A stretch of DNA of 64,000 bases from an uncultured Candidatus Saccharibacteria bacterium (GTDB lineage: Bacteria > Patescibacteriota > Minisyncoccia > UBA6257), in contig CAYZJA010000001.1 of NCBI GenBank assembly GCA_964479005.1, positions 224,001 to 288,000 on the forward strand, given 5' to 3'. Position numbers and translations under genes: made by a program. Below the pieces are notes generated by a model, which worked only from the letters and a program-made list of their open reading frames with translations, had not been told where the DNA came from and searched no databases. This document shows positions 18,544 to 29,808 of the stretch, piece after piece; position 1 is the first letter of the stretch, and each line of letters starts with the position of its first letter.

Positions 18544-18990
18544 TTATGGAAATATCCAATTGAGCAATTTGGTTTCTATCTTTTCCCGTAGCACAATGTT
18601 TTGAATTTTACCTATCAGCGAATTTTGAGAAAAAATGCATCCGTCAATCCTGGTTGCCTGACAAATAATTGCTCTCATCGGCTGTCTATAAATCTCCTTT
18701 GGATGTAAAAATTGATAATCGGATAATTTTATTATTTCATTTACTTTATCCTCGTAAAGCTTAGTTTTAGATAAGGGAATAGCAAATGCCATACTCTGAG
18801 ACCAAAAAGATTGATCCAGCCAAAGTATAATCGGTCTTGGTTTACCAATAACATTGCTCACTGTGTTATTTTGTCCGCAATAAGGACAAGAATAATTTGT
18901 AATAGAAAAATCCCTGCAACAGCGCGGATTAGAACATTTAATTGTTTCCGGAAATCTAGATATATAAATAATATCCCATTTGTGAAACAT
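18544..18990 (-). CDS. Uncharacterised Zn-ribbon protein, candidate toxin partner of the Panacea-domain gene
   Basis: A CSNPRCC...CPYC Cys4 cluster is present. The gene lies 4 nt downstream of the DUF4065 gene on the same strand. Confidence 0.45.
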   Translation of the reverse strand: MFHKWDIIYISRFPETIKCSNPRCCRDFSITNYSCPYCGQNNTVSNVIGKPRPIILWLDQSFWSQSMAFAIPLSKTKLYEDKVNEIIKLSDYQFLHPKEIYRQPMRAIICQATRIDGCIFSQNSLIGKIQNIVLREKIETKLLNWIFP

Positions 18991-18993
18991 ATT

Positions 18994-19521
18994 TTAAAAT
19001 GGCAAATCTTCTTTTTCTTCCGGCTCTGATTCCGTTTTTTTTGCAACATCCAAAATATCGTCCCTTTTTGATTCTTGAACAATTGGAAGTTTATAAACTA
19101 TATCAAGCAAATTTTGAAGACTAAGATTACCAAATGAATCAACGACTTCATCAATTATTAATAATTTTTCAGGGCCGAGCGATTTTAATAACTGTTCTTT
19201 TATAGAAACTTCCTTTTTTAAATAATATCTGGTATAGGATTTAGTTTCCTTTCTAGTTAAAGGAAACTTCTTTATTTCAATATACCCAATGTTAGAAAGA
19301 TGATTAGTATAATTGTCTAATTCTACTGTAAACGGGCCGTGTAAATATTTTTTGTATTCCATCACGGTAATTTTTTCTTTTAATCTCCGCATTGCTAAAA
19401 TATCACTCAAAAAAAGTAATTTTTGAAGATGGGTTTTACCGAGAATACCATCTAATCTTGAAATCAAATAAAAAACCACTGCGAGAGTATCTTTATCTAA
19501 CTTAGCTTCGCTTTTGACCAT
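18994..19521 (-). CDS. Panacea domain (DUF4065, SocA/GepA-like) antitoxin-like protein
   Basis: The KTHLQKLLFLSDILAMRR segment matches the conserved Panacea core. The protein is 175 aa. Confidence 0.65.
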   Translation of the reverse strand: MVKSEAKLDKDTLAVVFYLISRLDGILGKTHLQKLLFLSDILAMRRLKEKITVMEYKKYLHGPFTVELDNYTNHLSNIGYIEIKKFPLTRKETKSYTRYYLKKEVSIKEQLLKSLGPEKLLIIDEVVDSFGNLSLQNLLDIVYKLPIVQESKRDDILDVAKKTESEPEEKEDLPF

Positions 19522-19603
19522 AATATTGAACTTTCTTTATTTTAAGTATAGCCTAAAAAGAAAGTCAAGTAAACAAACCAGTAATAACTTTTCTTTCATA
19601 GAT

Positions 19604-19915
19604 TTATTTATTTTGCTCTTTCTTCGCTGAATTAAAAATATTAGCTTCTATCTTTTTCATTATTCTTCCGCCAATAGATATATAAACGATAAAGGCTAAA
19701 ACAATTGTTGTGATTCCAGCTATCCAAGAAAAAATAAAAAACGTAGTAATAATTAATATAATCCCTAAGATAATAAGGGAATTATTCCAAATCAAAACAT
19801 TTGGTTTTTTAGATAGAATCTTCTTGGACCAAGTATTATTAACAGTAATATAGGCAATAATCAATATTGATCCTAACAATAGTAAATAAAAGATATTTCC
19901 AAAAAATTCAAACAT
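19604..19915 (-). CDS. Small membrane protein
   Basis: Three hydrophobic helices are present. No domain was recognised. Confidence 0.45.
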   Translation of the reverse strand: MFEFFGNIFYLLLLGSILIIAYITVNNTWSKKILSKKPNVLIWNNSLIILGIILIITTFFIFSWIAGITTIVLAFIVYISIGGRIMKKIEANIFNSAKKEQNK

Positions 19916-20034
19916 AGATTTATTTTAACTTCTTTCGCCACGCCTAGTACCCATTGTTTATTCTACCAAAAAATCGCCTCTTTGGCGATTTCGATGTATC
20001 TCGGTCCCTCGATAAAAAAACTAGACGGCTGGGG

Positions 20035-20075
20035 GACTAGGATTCGAACCACTCGGGTCGTCCTATTGTCCCAAC
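20035..20075 (-). other. tRNA-like fragment with a T-arm-like sequence and a T-run; no cloverleaf
   Basis: The minus strand reads GGGACAATAGGACGACCCGAGTGGTTCGAATCCTAGTCCCCCAGCC, followed by TTTTTTT. The terminal 5-bp helix GGGAC/GTCCC pairs, but the T-stem does not. Confidence 0.3.
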
Positions 20076-20082
20076 AATATCC

Positions 20083-20676
20083 TCATAATAGATAATCTGG
20101 AATAGGATAATCTTTAAATTCATTTAAAAGTAATTTTCCAAAAATCAATCTTGAAAATGCCTCTGCTTCCACTTTTGCTCCAGTTAAGGCATTATGGGGC
20201 CTTGGTTCATCAGGTAATCCTATATAATTTAAAATTTTATCTGAATTTAGATCTGTTTTATTATCTTTTATTGGAGGTTTGAGCCCTCTTTTAAGATAAT
20301 GGGTGTAGCATAAAGAATGTAAATCAATGGTCCTATAACTAAGAGTCCATTCAATTCCATATTTTTGCATAGAAGATTTAAGAAAATCTCTATCAAATGA
20401 TGGATTTTCGCCAGCCATTGTTTTGTCTTTAATATCTTCTGCCCATTTAAGAAAATCCTTTATTATTTCTTCTAAATTTCTTTTATTAGGATCTATAATT
20501 TCTGCGTTCGAAAAACCATTAATTTTTAATGCTTCTTCTGTCACTTCTGCGCCATCCCAAATTTTGCATTCTTGATAAAATTGATTTTCTGGATTAAAAA
20601 AATCTACAGCTCCAATGCTTACGATTGAATTTTTGTAAGGATCCAGTCCAGTTGTTTCAGTATCAACTACTATCAT
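20083..20676 (-). CDS. DEDDh-family 3'-5' exonuclease (DnaQ/epsilon-like)
   Basis: The motifs VVDTETTGL (Exo I), an FDRDFL-region (Exo II) and HNALTGA (Exo III) are present. Confidence 0.8.
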   Translation of the reverse strand: MIVVDTETTGLDPYKNSIVSIGAVDFFNPENQFYQECKIWDGAEVTEEALKINGFSNAEIIDPNKRNLEEIIKDFLKWAEDIKDKTMAGENPSFDRDFLKSSMQKYGIEWTLSYRTIDLHSLCYTHYLKRGLKPPIKDNKTDLNSDKILNYIGLPDEPRPHNALTGAKVEAEAFSRLIFGKLLLNEFKDYPIPDYLL

Positions 20677-20729
20677 ATGTTTTTATTATTTTTAAAATAT
20701 GATTCAAAATTAACATTTTTTGCTTATTT

Positions 20730-20821
<92 letters not shown>

Positions 20822-20876
20822 ATATTTACCTACCCAAATTTTATAACAAAAACTTGGGTAGATAAATTACTAGTCT

Positions 20877-21266
20877 TTAAATTTTAATCTTGCTAGCGTA
20901 TTTTCCTAAAACAGGTAATTCTTTTGTTTTGTCTCCTAAAACATTAATAATACCCACAATAGATAATATTATCCATAACAAGCTAGCTAAAGGAGCAATA
21001 ATCCAACCAAGAAAAGGAATTGCAGCGACAAAAGCTGTTATTACTTCAGCAATAAAAAGGACTAATCCTTGTTTAGCGTGAAAGAAAACAAATTCGTCAT
21101 CTTTCTTTGTTAAAAGAGGGATAAGGCATAAAACTCCAATATAGCTTAAAATAGCTATTAATTTATTATCCTCAGCTTTTTTAGGAGCTTGTTCTGGTGT
21201 TTCTGGGGTAGATGTTTGTTCTGGGGCTTGTTCTTCTAAAGGTTCTTTTTGAATATCTTCGTCCAT
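20877..21266 (-). CDS. DUF4870-family membrane protein
   Basis: ILSYIGVLCLIPLL and HAKQGL motifs are present. An acidic low-complexity N-terminus precedes them. Confidence 0.65.
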   Translation of the reverse strand: MDEDIQKEPLEEQAPEQTSTPETPEQAPKKAEDNKLIAILSYIGVLCLIPLLTKKDDEFVFFHAKQGLVLFIAEVITAFVAAIPFLGWIIAPLASLLWIILSIVGIINVLGDKTKELPVLGKYASKIKI

Positions 21267-21396
21267 AATTTTAATTAATTTTGTTAAATTTTTTATTTCG
21301 ACCTCATAAACATTTTAGCAAATTTTTCTTATTTTGTCATTAATATTAATTAAATAACAAATAATAACTAACAATTAAAAATATAAAATTTCTCAA

Positions 21397-21590
21397 GAAG
21401 CAAGTATTTGCTCCTGAACGACATTAGTGGAAGCAGAGATACAAACAAATGAAACGAATGATAGGGAAAGCCGAAACTGGAGCGGAGCCACGTTTGACGT
21501 GGCGGAGCGGAATTTCGGAAGGCTTCCAGAGCGAGTGAATATTGTTTGTCTCTGCTGGAATGCAGGAGAGAAGGGGGAAATACTTGCTTC
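21397..21590. repeat. F1 rod-like palindromic repeat element, copy A (~195 nt)
   Basis: The termini GAAGCAAGTATTTG and CAAATACTTGCTTC are complementary. Nested internal pairings include CTCCTG/CAGGAG and GCAGAGATACAAACAA/TTGTTTGTCTCTGC. The apex is a GCCACGT-TTG-ACGTGGC hairpin. The element is about 85 percent identical to 34154-34353. Confidence 0.6.
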
Positions 21591-22474
21591 TACACATCCA
21601 TTTGTCTCAAAGCCTTTACCCTTTCTTCTATAAGAGGATGAGTCATCCAAAGCTTGCTTACTGCTTTTTTTCTAAAAGGATTAGAAATAAAAAGATGGCT
21701 TGTCGCATTTGAAGCAACTCGTAAAGGATTTGGATCCTGAGAAATTTTCTCTAATGCACGTGCTAATCCTTCTGGATAGCGAGTTAAAAGCGCTCCTGAA
21801 GCATCAGCTAAGAACTCCCTTTTTCTTGATATGGCTAGTTTGAGTAAAGTAGCTGCTAAAGGCGCTATAATAGCGGCTACGATGCCAATTACCAGCATAA
21901 TAAGACCTAAATTACCTTTACTATCTCTATTTCTTCTTCCCCAAAACAAAGACCTGAAAAGCCAATCTGATAATAAAGCAATCATACCAACCAAAACCAC
22001 AACTACTGAGGATAAAAGAATATCACGATTGCCAATATGAGCTAATTCATGAGCAATAACTCCTTCTAATTCAGATTTTTCCAATTTATCTAATAATCCT
22101 TGCGTGACACAAACAACCCCGTGTTTAGCATCTCTCCCAGTGGCAAATGCATTAGGAGAAATATCATCAATAATATAAATCTTCGGCATTGGCAATCCAG
22201 CTGTAATAGAAAGATTTTCCACTATCCTGTATAATTCTGGATTATCCTCTTTTTTTATTGGTTTTGATTTAGTTAAAGCAAGAATAATTTTATCAGAATG
22301 CCAATAACTGGAAAAACTCCAAAATACACTAAAAATAACAGCAATATATAAAATCAACAACGATTCAAAAATATAACTAAAAACCCATCCTAAGGCAATA
22401 ATTAATATCAAAAAAACCGTGATTAAAAACCACGTTTTCCGAATATTAGAATCGACTTGTGTGTAAAGAGTCAC
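21590..22474 (-). CDS. htpX: Zn-dependent protease HtpX (M48)
   Basis: An HELAHIGNRD zinc motif is present, with multiple TM helices and an M48 layout. Confidence 0.9.
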   Translation of the reverse strand: MTLYTQVDSNIRKTWFLITVFLILIIALGWVFSYIFESLLILYIAVIFSVFWSFSSYWHSDKIILALTKSKPIKKEDNPELYRIVENLSITAGLPMPKIYIIDDISPNAFATGRDAKHGVVCVTQGLLDKLEKSELEGVIAHELAHIGNRDILLSSVVVVLVGMIALLSDWLFRSLFWGRRNRDSKGNLGLIMLVIGIVAAIIAPLAATLLKLAISRKREFLADASGALLTRYPEGLARALEKISQDPNPLRVASNATSHLFISNPFRKKAVSKLWMTHPLIEERVKALRQMDV

Positions 22475-22493
22475 AAATTAGTAGCGCAGCAAT

Positions 22494-23039
22494 TTAAAAT
22501 TTGACCTTTACTGCTTTGCGTTCTTCAGCTTCAGTAATTTCAAATAATGGCTCCGCTTTAAAGCTAAAAAGTTGAGCAAGCATATTTCTTGGAAAAACTT
22601 TTATGGCAATATTGTAATCCCGTACATTAGAATTATAGAATCGGCGAGAAGCTTGAATTTTATCTTCTGTGTCTACTAATTCTTTTTGTAATTCAATAAA
22701 GCTCTGATTAGCTTTTAATTCCGGATAATTCTCAGCAACAGCAAAAAGGGTTTTTAATGTTTGAGTAAATTGATTTTCCGCTTTTATCTTTTCTTCGCCA
22801 TCAGGAGTACCCATAGCTCGCGTTCGTGCTTGAGTTACCTTTTCAAACACTTCTTTCTCATGAGCCATATATCCTTTTACCGCTTCAATCAAATTAGGAA
22901 CTAAATCATAACGACGTTTTAATTGAACATCAATATCTGCCCAAGCTTCTTTTACCCGTTGGCTTTTTCTAATAAGAGAATTGTAAGCTAAAACAACGAA
23001 CAAAGCGATTACGATTAAAGCGAACCAAAATATACTCAT
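22494..23039 (-). CDS. lemA: LemA family protein
   Basis: An N-terminal TM helix plus the LemA fold is present. The conserved lemA-htpX gene pair is intact. Confidence 0.85.
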   Translation of the reverse strand: MSIFWFALIVIALFVVLAYNSLIRKSQRVKEAWADIDVQLKRRYDLVPNLIEAVKGYMAHEKEVFEKVTQARTRAMGTPDGEEKIKAENQFTQTLKTLFAVAENYPELKANQSFIELQKELVDTEDKIQASRRFYNSNVRDYNIAIKVFPRNMLAQLFSFKAEPLFEITEAEERKAVKVKF

Positions 23040-23058
23040 GTTTTTAATTTTTAATTTT

Positions 23059-24705
<1,647 letters not shown>

Positions 24706-24716
24706 TTATTTGTTTT

Positions 24717-25007
24717 TTACTCAATAATGGCGAGCACATCATCTTCACGAATAACAAGATATTCTTTTTCATCTACTTTCACTTCATTAGGTGTATATTT
24801 AGTAAATAGAACTTTATCCCCTACTTTTACATTCAAAGAAATTAATTTTCCTTGATCAGTTGTTTTTCCAGGACCAATAGCAATTACTTTCCCCATCATT
24901 GGTTTTTCTTCAGATGAAGCAGGAATAAAAATACCACTCTTGGTAGTTTTTTCTTCATTAAAAGTTTCTACAAAAATATGATCAGATAACGGTTTTATAT
25001 TCATTGT
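24717..25007 (-). CDS. groS: Co-chaperonin GroES
   Basis: MNIKPLSDHIFV...IIE matches GroES. The ORF-track N-terminal extension runs through the CIRCE site and is probably not translated. Confidence 0.9.
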   Translation of the reverse strand, partial: TMNIKPLSDHIFVETFNEEKTTKSGIFIPASSEEKPMMGKVIAIGPGKTTDQGKLISLNVKVGDKVLFTKYTPNEVKVDEKEYLVIREDDVLAIIE

Positions 25008-25027
25008 TATTTTTTTAATCTTTTTAA

Positions 25028-25054
25028 TTGGCAATCCCCGACTTTAATTGCTAA
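25028..25054 (-). promoter_or_regulatory. Degenerate CIRCE-like inverted repeat upstream of groES
   Basis: The minus strand reads TTAGCAATT-N9-GATTGCCAA, matching the CIRCE consensus TTAGCACTC-N9-GAGTGCTAA at 14 of 18 positions. Confidence 0.5.
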
Positions 25055-25074
25055 TCTTATATTTTACTTAAAAA

Positions 25075-26136
25075 TTATTTTTTGTCAATTTCTTCTTGCC
25101 TTGGTTTTTCTATTTCTAATGGCTCTGCCCCAATTTTTTTCCCTGAAACCTTATAAACATCTTTGTCTATCTTGCCAAACTCTTTATAAGCAGAATTGTA
25201 CATATTTACTGTAGTACCTAAATGATTGCCCATTTTTTGCATATAGGTCTCATAACTAGTTAAATGACGAGCTAAATTTTCTACTCCTTTTTTAATTTCT
25301 TTAGCAGACTCCTCTATTTGTAAAGCTCTTAATCCTTGAAGAACAGTCTGTAAATACGCCAAAAAAGAAGTTGGCGAAACAATAATTACTTTCTTCTGTC
25401 CCATGGCATATTCTACTAAATCACGGGTATTGGCTTTTACAGTACCAATTTTGTTAATTAACAAATCATAATAAATCGCTTCGGATGGAATAAACATAAA
25501 AGCAAATTCCATTGTTCCCTCTTCTGGCTTTATATATTTAGCTGTTTCATCAATTCTGCTTTTTAAATCATTTTTAAAAATTTCTTCCAATTTCTTTTTT
25601 TCATTCTTATCGTTTGTCTCCAATATCCGATTATAATTTTCCAAACTAAACTTGGAGTCAATAGGAATAATTTTATCTTTAATGAATATTACAGCGTCAA
25701 CCTTTGTACCATCTTTAAATTCATATTGCGTCTGATAACTTCCTGGAGGAAGAACGTTTTTTAGCACTGTCTCTAGATAATACTCCCCTAATACCCCTCT
25801 TTGTTTTGGATTTTTTAAAATATCCTGAAGATTTTTAAGCTGGTCAGCAAAATTAACTACCTGTTTATTTGTTTCGTCTAATTTTGTTAATTTTTCAGTT
25901 ACCTCCCTAATAATTTTAGCGCTTTCTCCAAATTGATTACGAATTACATTAGGAATTTCTCCAAGTTTAGCATCAAGTGTGCGCGTAATTTCTTGTATTT
26001 GATTCTGTAATAAAAGAAACGATTGATTGTCATCTTTTTTGGCTTTTTCTTTCTTTATTACAAAAACATAAAAAATACCAGCTAAAAAAATACCTGCTAA
26101 TACTCCTAATAAAATATAAAGATATAAAAAGTTCAT
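25075..26136 (-). CDS. rmuC: DNA recombination protein RmuC homologue
   Basis: An N-terminal TM helix, a coiled-coil region and a C-terminal RmuC nuclease-like region are present. Confidence 0.75.
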   Translation of the reverse strand: MNFLYLYILLGVLAGIFLAGIFYVFVIKKEKAKKDDNQSFLLLQNQIQEITRTLDAKLGEIPNVIRNQFGESAKIIREVTEKLTKLDETNKQVVNFADQLKNLQDILKNPKQRGVLGEYYLETVLKNVLPPGSYQTQYEFKDGTKVDAVIFIKDKIIPIDSKFSLENYNRILETNDKNEKKKLEEIFKNDLKSRIDETAKYIKPEEGTMEFAFMFIPSEAIYYDLLINKIGTVKANTRDLVEYAMGQKKVIIVSPTSFLAYLQTVLQGLRALQIEESAKEIKKGVENLARHLTSYETYMQKMGNHLGTTVNMYNSAYKEFGKIDKDVYKVSGKKIGAEPLEIEKPRQEEIDKK

Positions 26137-26852
26137 TATATTTCTGCTTGTGTTTGTGCTTGTATTTGTATTTCTTTAGATTTCTTTAATTCCAAATAAA
26201 TTAGATATAAGAACATGATACCAAACGGCATATAGAAAAGCTGAAAAACAGAACCTAATAAATTATTAACCGAGTCTAAAATAAAAAATATAAGACTAAA
26301 AACAATATTTAGTGAGATTAATCTACCAAATACTTTCCACCAATTACCTTCTACTAATTTCCAACTATGTTTTAATGCTTTCATGCCCCTTTTCCCTTCA
26401 ACAATAAAAATATAAGAATAAAGGGTTAAATAGGTTCCCACTATAATACCTGGAATAACGAAAAAAAGACTGGATAAAACAACAAAAAAACCTACTAATA
26501 TTACAAGCCAAAGATACTGGCCAAATTTTTTCCAGGCCTCCTGAAAAATCTCTTTTAATTTAGTTCCAACAGGTTTTACTGTCAATATTATAAAGGTAAG
26601 TCCGATAAATATTGTCCACAATACTATAGCTGAGAACATTCCAATAACTAATGGTGAGAAAAATAAAGCTTTCGCAGTTTCTGTAGCAGCGACGTCTTTT
26701 AATTTCAAAACCGAAAACATCATACTTCCTCCTAAGGACACTCCAAGAATTGTCATTACGACTCCAGAGATAAGCAAGATAAGTAAAATTGGTATTATCT
26801 TTTGCTTATAAACTCCAAAACTTTCTTTTATTAACGTAGTAAAATTTTTCAT
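26136..26852 (-). CDS. Polytopic membrane protein
   Basis: Five to six TM helices are predicted. No domain was recognised. Confidence 0.5.
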   Translation of the reverse strand: MKNFTTLIKESFGVYKQKIIPILLILLISGVVMTILGVSLGGSMMFSVLKLKDVAATETAKALFFSPLVIGMFSAIVLWTIFIGLTFIILTVKPVGTKLKEIFQEAWKKFGQYLWLVILVGFFVVLSSLFFVIPGIIVGTYLTLYSYIFIVEGKRGMKALKHSWKLVEGNWWKVFGRLISLNIVFSLIFFILDSVNNLLGSVFQLFYMPFGIMFLYLIYLELKKSKEIQIQAQTQAEI

Positions 26853-26931
26853 TATTTTATTATTTTTAATCTTTTTTGTATTCTCTTGACCTTGTTTAGA
26901 GAATAATTACTAATTACTTATTATAACAAAA

Positions 26932-28674
26932 TTATGATTCATTTTGAAGAGCAGATTGTAATTCCCAAAATTCCCTATATACTCCATTCGGTTTTTTAAT
27001 TAGCTCTTCGTGTTTTCCCATTTCAACTATTCTCCCTTTTTTCAAAACCAAAATCTTATCTGCATTTTTAATAGTACTAAGACGATGAGCAATAATAAAA
27101 CATGTTCTATCTTTCATTAAATTATTTAATCCTCCCTGAATCAACTTTTCTGAAACTGAATCTAAAGCTGATGTAGCCTCATCTAAAATTAAAATTTTTG
27201 GATTTCTCAACAAAGCCCTAGCAATAGCTACTCTTTGTTTTTGACCAGTGGAAAGTTTAATCCCTCTTTCCCCTACTAGTTGATTATATTTTCCAGGAAA
27301 TTTTTCTATAAACTCTGACGCATTAGCTATTTCTGCAGCTTTTTTAATTTCTTCATCAGTAGCATTAAATTTACCATAACGAATATTCTGTTTAATAGTA
27401 TTATTAAATAAAACCACTTCTTGAGGAACAATTGATATCTGGCTACGTAAACTCTTTAATTTTATCTTTTTAATATTTACTCCGTTAATAAAAATCCCGC
27501 CCCGTCGAGGTAGATAGAATCGCTCTATTAAATCAATCAAGGTAGTCTTTCCTACCCCACTCTCACCAACAAGGGCAATCTTTTCTCCATCCTTAGCCTC
27601 AAACGAAATGTCTTTTAATATTGGCGTGGTTTTTTTGTAATAAAAATCAACATTACGAAATTCTACATTTCCTTTGATATCTAAATCTTTAGCTCCAAAA
27701 AAATCTTTCTCCTCCCCTATTTTATAGTAACCTATAGCCCTCCGAAAAGCAGTTAAAGATGTACGCAATTGACGGTATTGAGATGCAAGCCTATTAAGAG
27801 GCCTTGAAAGAAGTGAAATATACCCTATAAACATTACTAATTTACCTGGTGATAATTGTCCATTTCTTAACATTATTATTCCTAATCCTAAAACAGAACT
27901 AAAACTTAATACATTAATAACTTTTTGCCAAAAACCCATTCTAATCCAAATAGAACGCCAGTTTTTATCAATACGACCAGCTGAATTAAACCTTCTCGTA
28001 TTATCCTTCCTTTCTAAGTCTTCACTGGTATTTGATTTAATTGTATGAGCATTAACTATTGAATCATATAAATAACCATACGCTCGTTCATAAGCTTGAT
28101 GAACTGATATTTGAGCTTTAATAATCTTTTTTGTATAAGCAATGGTTACTATGATGAAAATTACCATAGCAACTAATAAAATTGTACTTAACCGCCATTC
28201 TGCCCAGAAAAGAATTGATAGAGCAAGAAAAAAGGAAATGATAGTAGGGGCAAAAGAAAACAAAACATTCTCAATTAAGTTGTAAAGGCTTGAAACACCT
28301 CTGTTAATTTTCCGTAAAACCTTTCCTGTCTTTTGTTCTTTATGAAAAGAGATTGGTAAATTAATAATGTAAGCATAAAGATCAGTAGTCAAATAATTAG
28401 CTAAATCAACAGTGATTTCATAGCTATTTTTTGTACTATACCTTTCTAAAACATTTGCTATTAAATTAATGCCTGTCCAAAGAAAAATTAATTGTATTAT
28501 AAAAACAAGTGAAGAATTAGGATCAATTGCCAAGTCAACCAAACTTCCATAAATATAAGGAACAATTGTAATTAAAATACTTGATATTAAGATAGCAAAA
28601 ATTCCCCAATAAAATTTTGAAGGATGTTTTATTCGGCTTAAAATAAATTTTAAATCCTGTTTAATTTGAGTCAT
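26932..28674 (-). CDS. ABC transporter, fused permease/ATPase (MsbA-like exporter)
   Basis: Six TM helices are followed by Walker A GESGVGKTT, the LSTGQKQRVAIARAL signature and Walker B ILILDEATS. Confidence 0.85.
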   Translation of the reverse strand: MTQIKQDLKFILSRIKHPSKFYWGIFAILISSILITIVPYIYGSLVDLAIDPNSSLVFIIQLIFLWTGINLIANVLERYSTKNSYEITVDLANYLTTDLYAYIINLPISFHKEQKTGKVLRKINRGVSSLYNLIENVLFSFAPTIISFFLALSILFWAEWRLSTILLVAMVIFIIVTIAYTKKIIKAQISVHQAYERAYGYLYDSIVNAHTIKSNTSEDLERKDNTRRFNSAGRIDKNWRSIWIRMGFWQKVINVLSFSSVLGLGIIMLRNGQLSPGKLVMFIGYISLLSRPLNRLASQYRQLRTSLTAFRRAIGYYKIGEEKDFFGAKDLDIKGNVEFRNVDFYYKKTTPILKDISFEAKDGEKIALVGESGVGKTTLIDLIERFYLPRRGGIFINGVNIKKIKLKSLRSQISIVPQEVVLFNNTIKQNIRYGKFNATDEEIKKAAEIANASEFIEKFPGKYNQLVGERGIKLSTGQKQRVAIARALLRNPKILILDEATSALDSVSEKLIQGGLNNLMKDRTCFIIAHRLSTIKNADKILVLKKGRIVEMGKHEELIKKPNGVYREFWELQSALQNES

Positions 28675-28680
28675 TAAAAA

Positions 28681-29808
28681 TTACTCCTCGATTTCCTTTT
28701 GCAGTTTTTCCAAAAGTTCTTTTGCCTGCGCAGAAACTTTCTTAGGAGTCCTAATCCTTATTTTAACATATAAATCCCCTTGGCCTGGAGCGTCAAAATG
28801 TTTAACCCCGTTTCCTCTGATACGAAAGATTTCTCCAGATTCTGTTCCAGAAGGAATTTTTAAAAGAATCTTTTTCTCTCTATCTTTTAATGAACTAAGA
28901 ATTTTTACCTCTTTTTTAGTTCCAAGCACTGCCTCGGTAAAACTTATGTACAAAGTCGTATGCAAATCATCGCCCTTTCTTTCAAATGCCAAGTGTCGCC
29001 TAATTATTATTCTAATGTATAAATCCCCGCTTAATCCATCCAATATCCCAACTTCCCCTTCTTTTCTTATCCTGATTGTTTCTCCATCTCTTATTCCAAC
29101 AGGAATATCCACTTTGATCTCTTTGTTGCCATAATAACGGCCATCACCTCCGCAAGTTTTACATGGCTTTTCTGGAATTTTTCCTCTTCCTTTACATTTT
29201 GGGCATTCAATTATTTGAGTAAACTCTCCTAAAAAGGTCCTGCGTAATTCTCTAATCACCCCTTCTCCTTTACAATTTGAACATTCTTTTAACTTGGAAT
29301 TTGGTTCATATCCTTTGCCATTACAATGTTCGCAAACAAGATAAGTTTTAAAGGAAATATCCTGTCTTGCTCCAAAAGCCGCTTCTTCTAAATCTATTTC
29401 TAGATTAACCTCAATGTCTCTCCCCTTATTTTGATATGCGCTTTTCCTTTTTCTTGTAGAAGTAGCTGCTTCTTTGAAAAAATCAGAAAAAATGTCCCCA
29501 ATATCAAAGTTTCCAGAAAAACCAAATGGCGATTGGGATCCGCCTTCTTGCCATTCAAATCCGGGAAATCCCTGTTGAAATCCAGCTCCTGCTCCCTCAA
29601 ATACACGGCCAAATTTATCATACTGGGTTCTTTTCTCTTTATTAGATAAAACCTGATATGCTTCGTTTATCTCTTTAAATTTTTCTGAACTACCTCCTTT
29701 ATCTGGATGATGCTTATGAGCTAATTTATAAAAAGCTTTTTTGATTTCTTCTGGAGAAGCTGAGCGCGAAACACCTAAAATATCATAATAATCTTTCATA
29801 TTTATCAA
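28681..29808 (-). CDS. dnaJ: Molecular chaperone DnaJ
   Basis: A J-domain with the HPD motif and four CxxCxGxG zinc-finger repeats are present. Confidence 0.9.
   Translation of the reverse strand: MINMKDYYDILGVSRSASPEEIKKAFYKLAHKHHPDKGGSSEKFKEINEAYQVLSNKEKRTQYDKFGRVFEGAGAGFQQGFPGFEWQEGGSQSPFGFSGNFDIGDIFSDFFKEAATSTRKRKSAYQNKGRDIEVNLEIDLEEAAFGARQDISFKTYLVCEHCNGKGYEPNSKLKECSNCKGEGVIRELRRTFLGEFTQIIECPKCKGRGKIPEKPCKTCGGDGRYYGNKEIKVDIPVGIRDGETIRIRKEGEVGILDGLSGDLYIRIIIRRHLAFERKGDDLHTTLYISFTEAVLGTKKEVKILSSLKDREKKILLKIPSGTESGEIFRIRGNGVKHFDAPGQGDLYVKIRIRTPKKVSAQAKELLEKLQKEIEE

Noticed and set aside
18811-19082. ORFs 18811..19029 (+) and 18858..19082 (-) around the toxin/antitoxin junction
   Set aside because: They overlap the well-supported Panacea-domain gene and its partner. 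No SD is present.
20040-20075. Full tRNA gene call for the GGTTCGAATCC-containing sequence
   Set aside because: The T-stem and anticodon arm cannot be paired, and only about 44 nt lie between the putative acceptor strands. It is kept only as a tRNA-like relic.
21393-21650. ORFs 21427..21633 (+) and 21393..21650 (-) predicted inside F1 copy A
   Set aside because: Both lie entirely within the palindromic repeat. The (+) ORF product (MEAEIQTNETNDRE...) is the same artefactual translation that prefixes corA at copy B. There is no SD and no independent coding signal.
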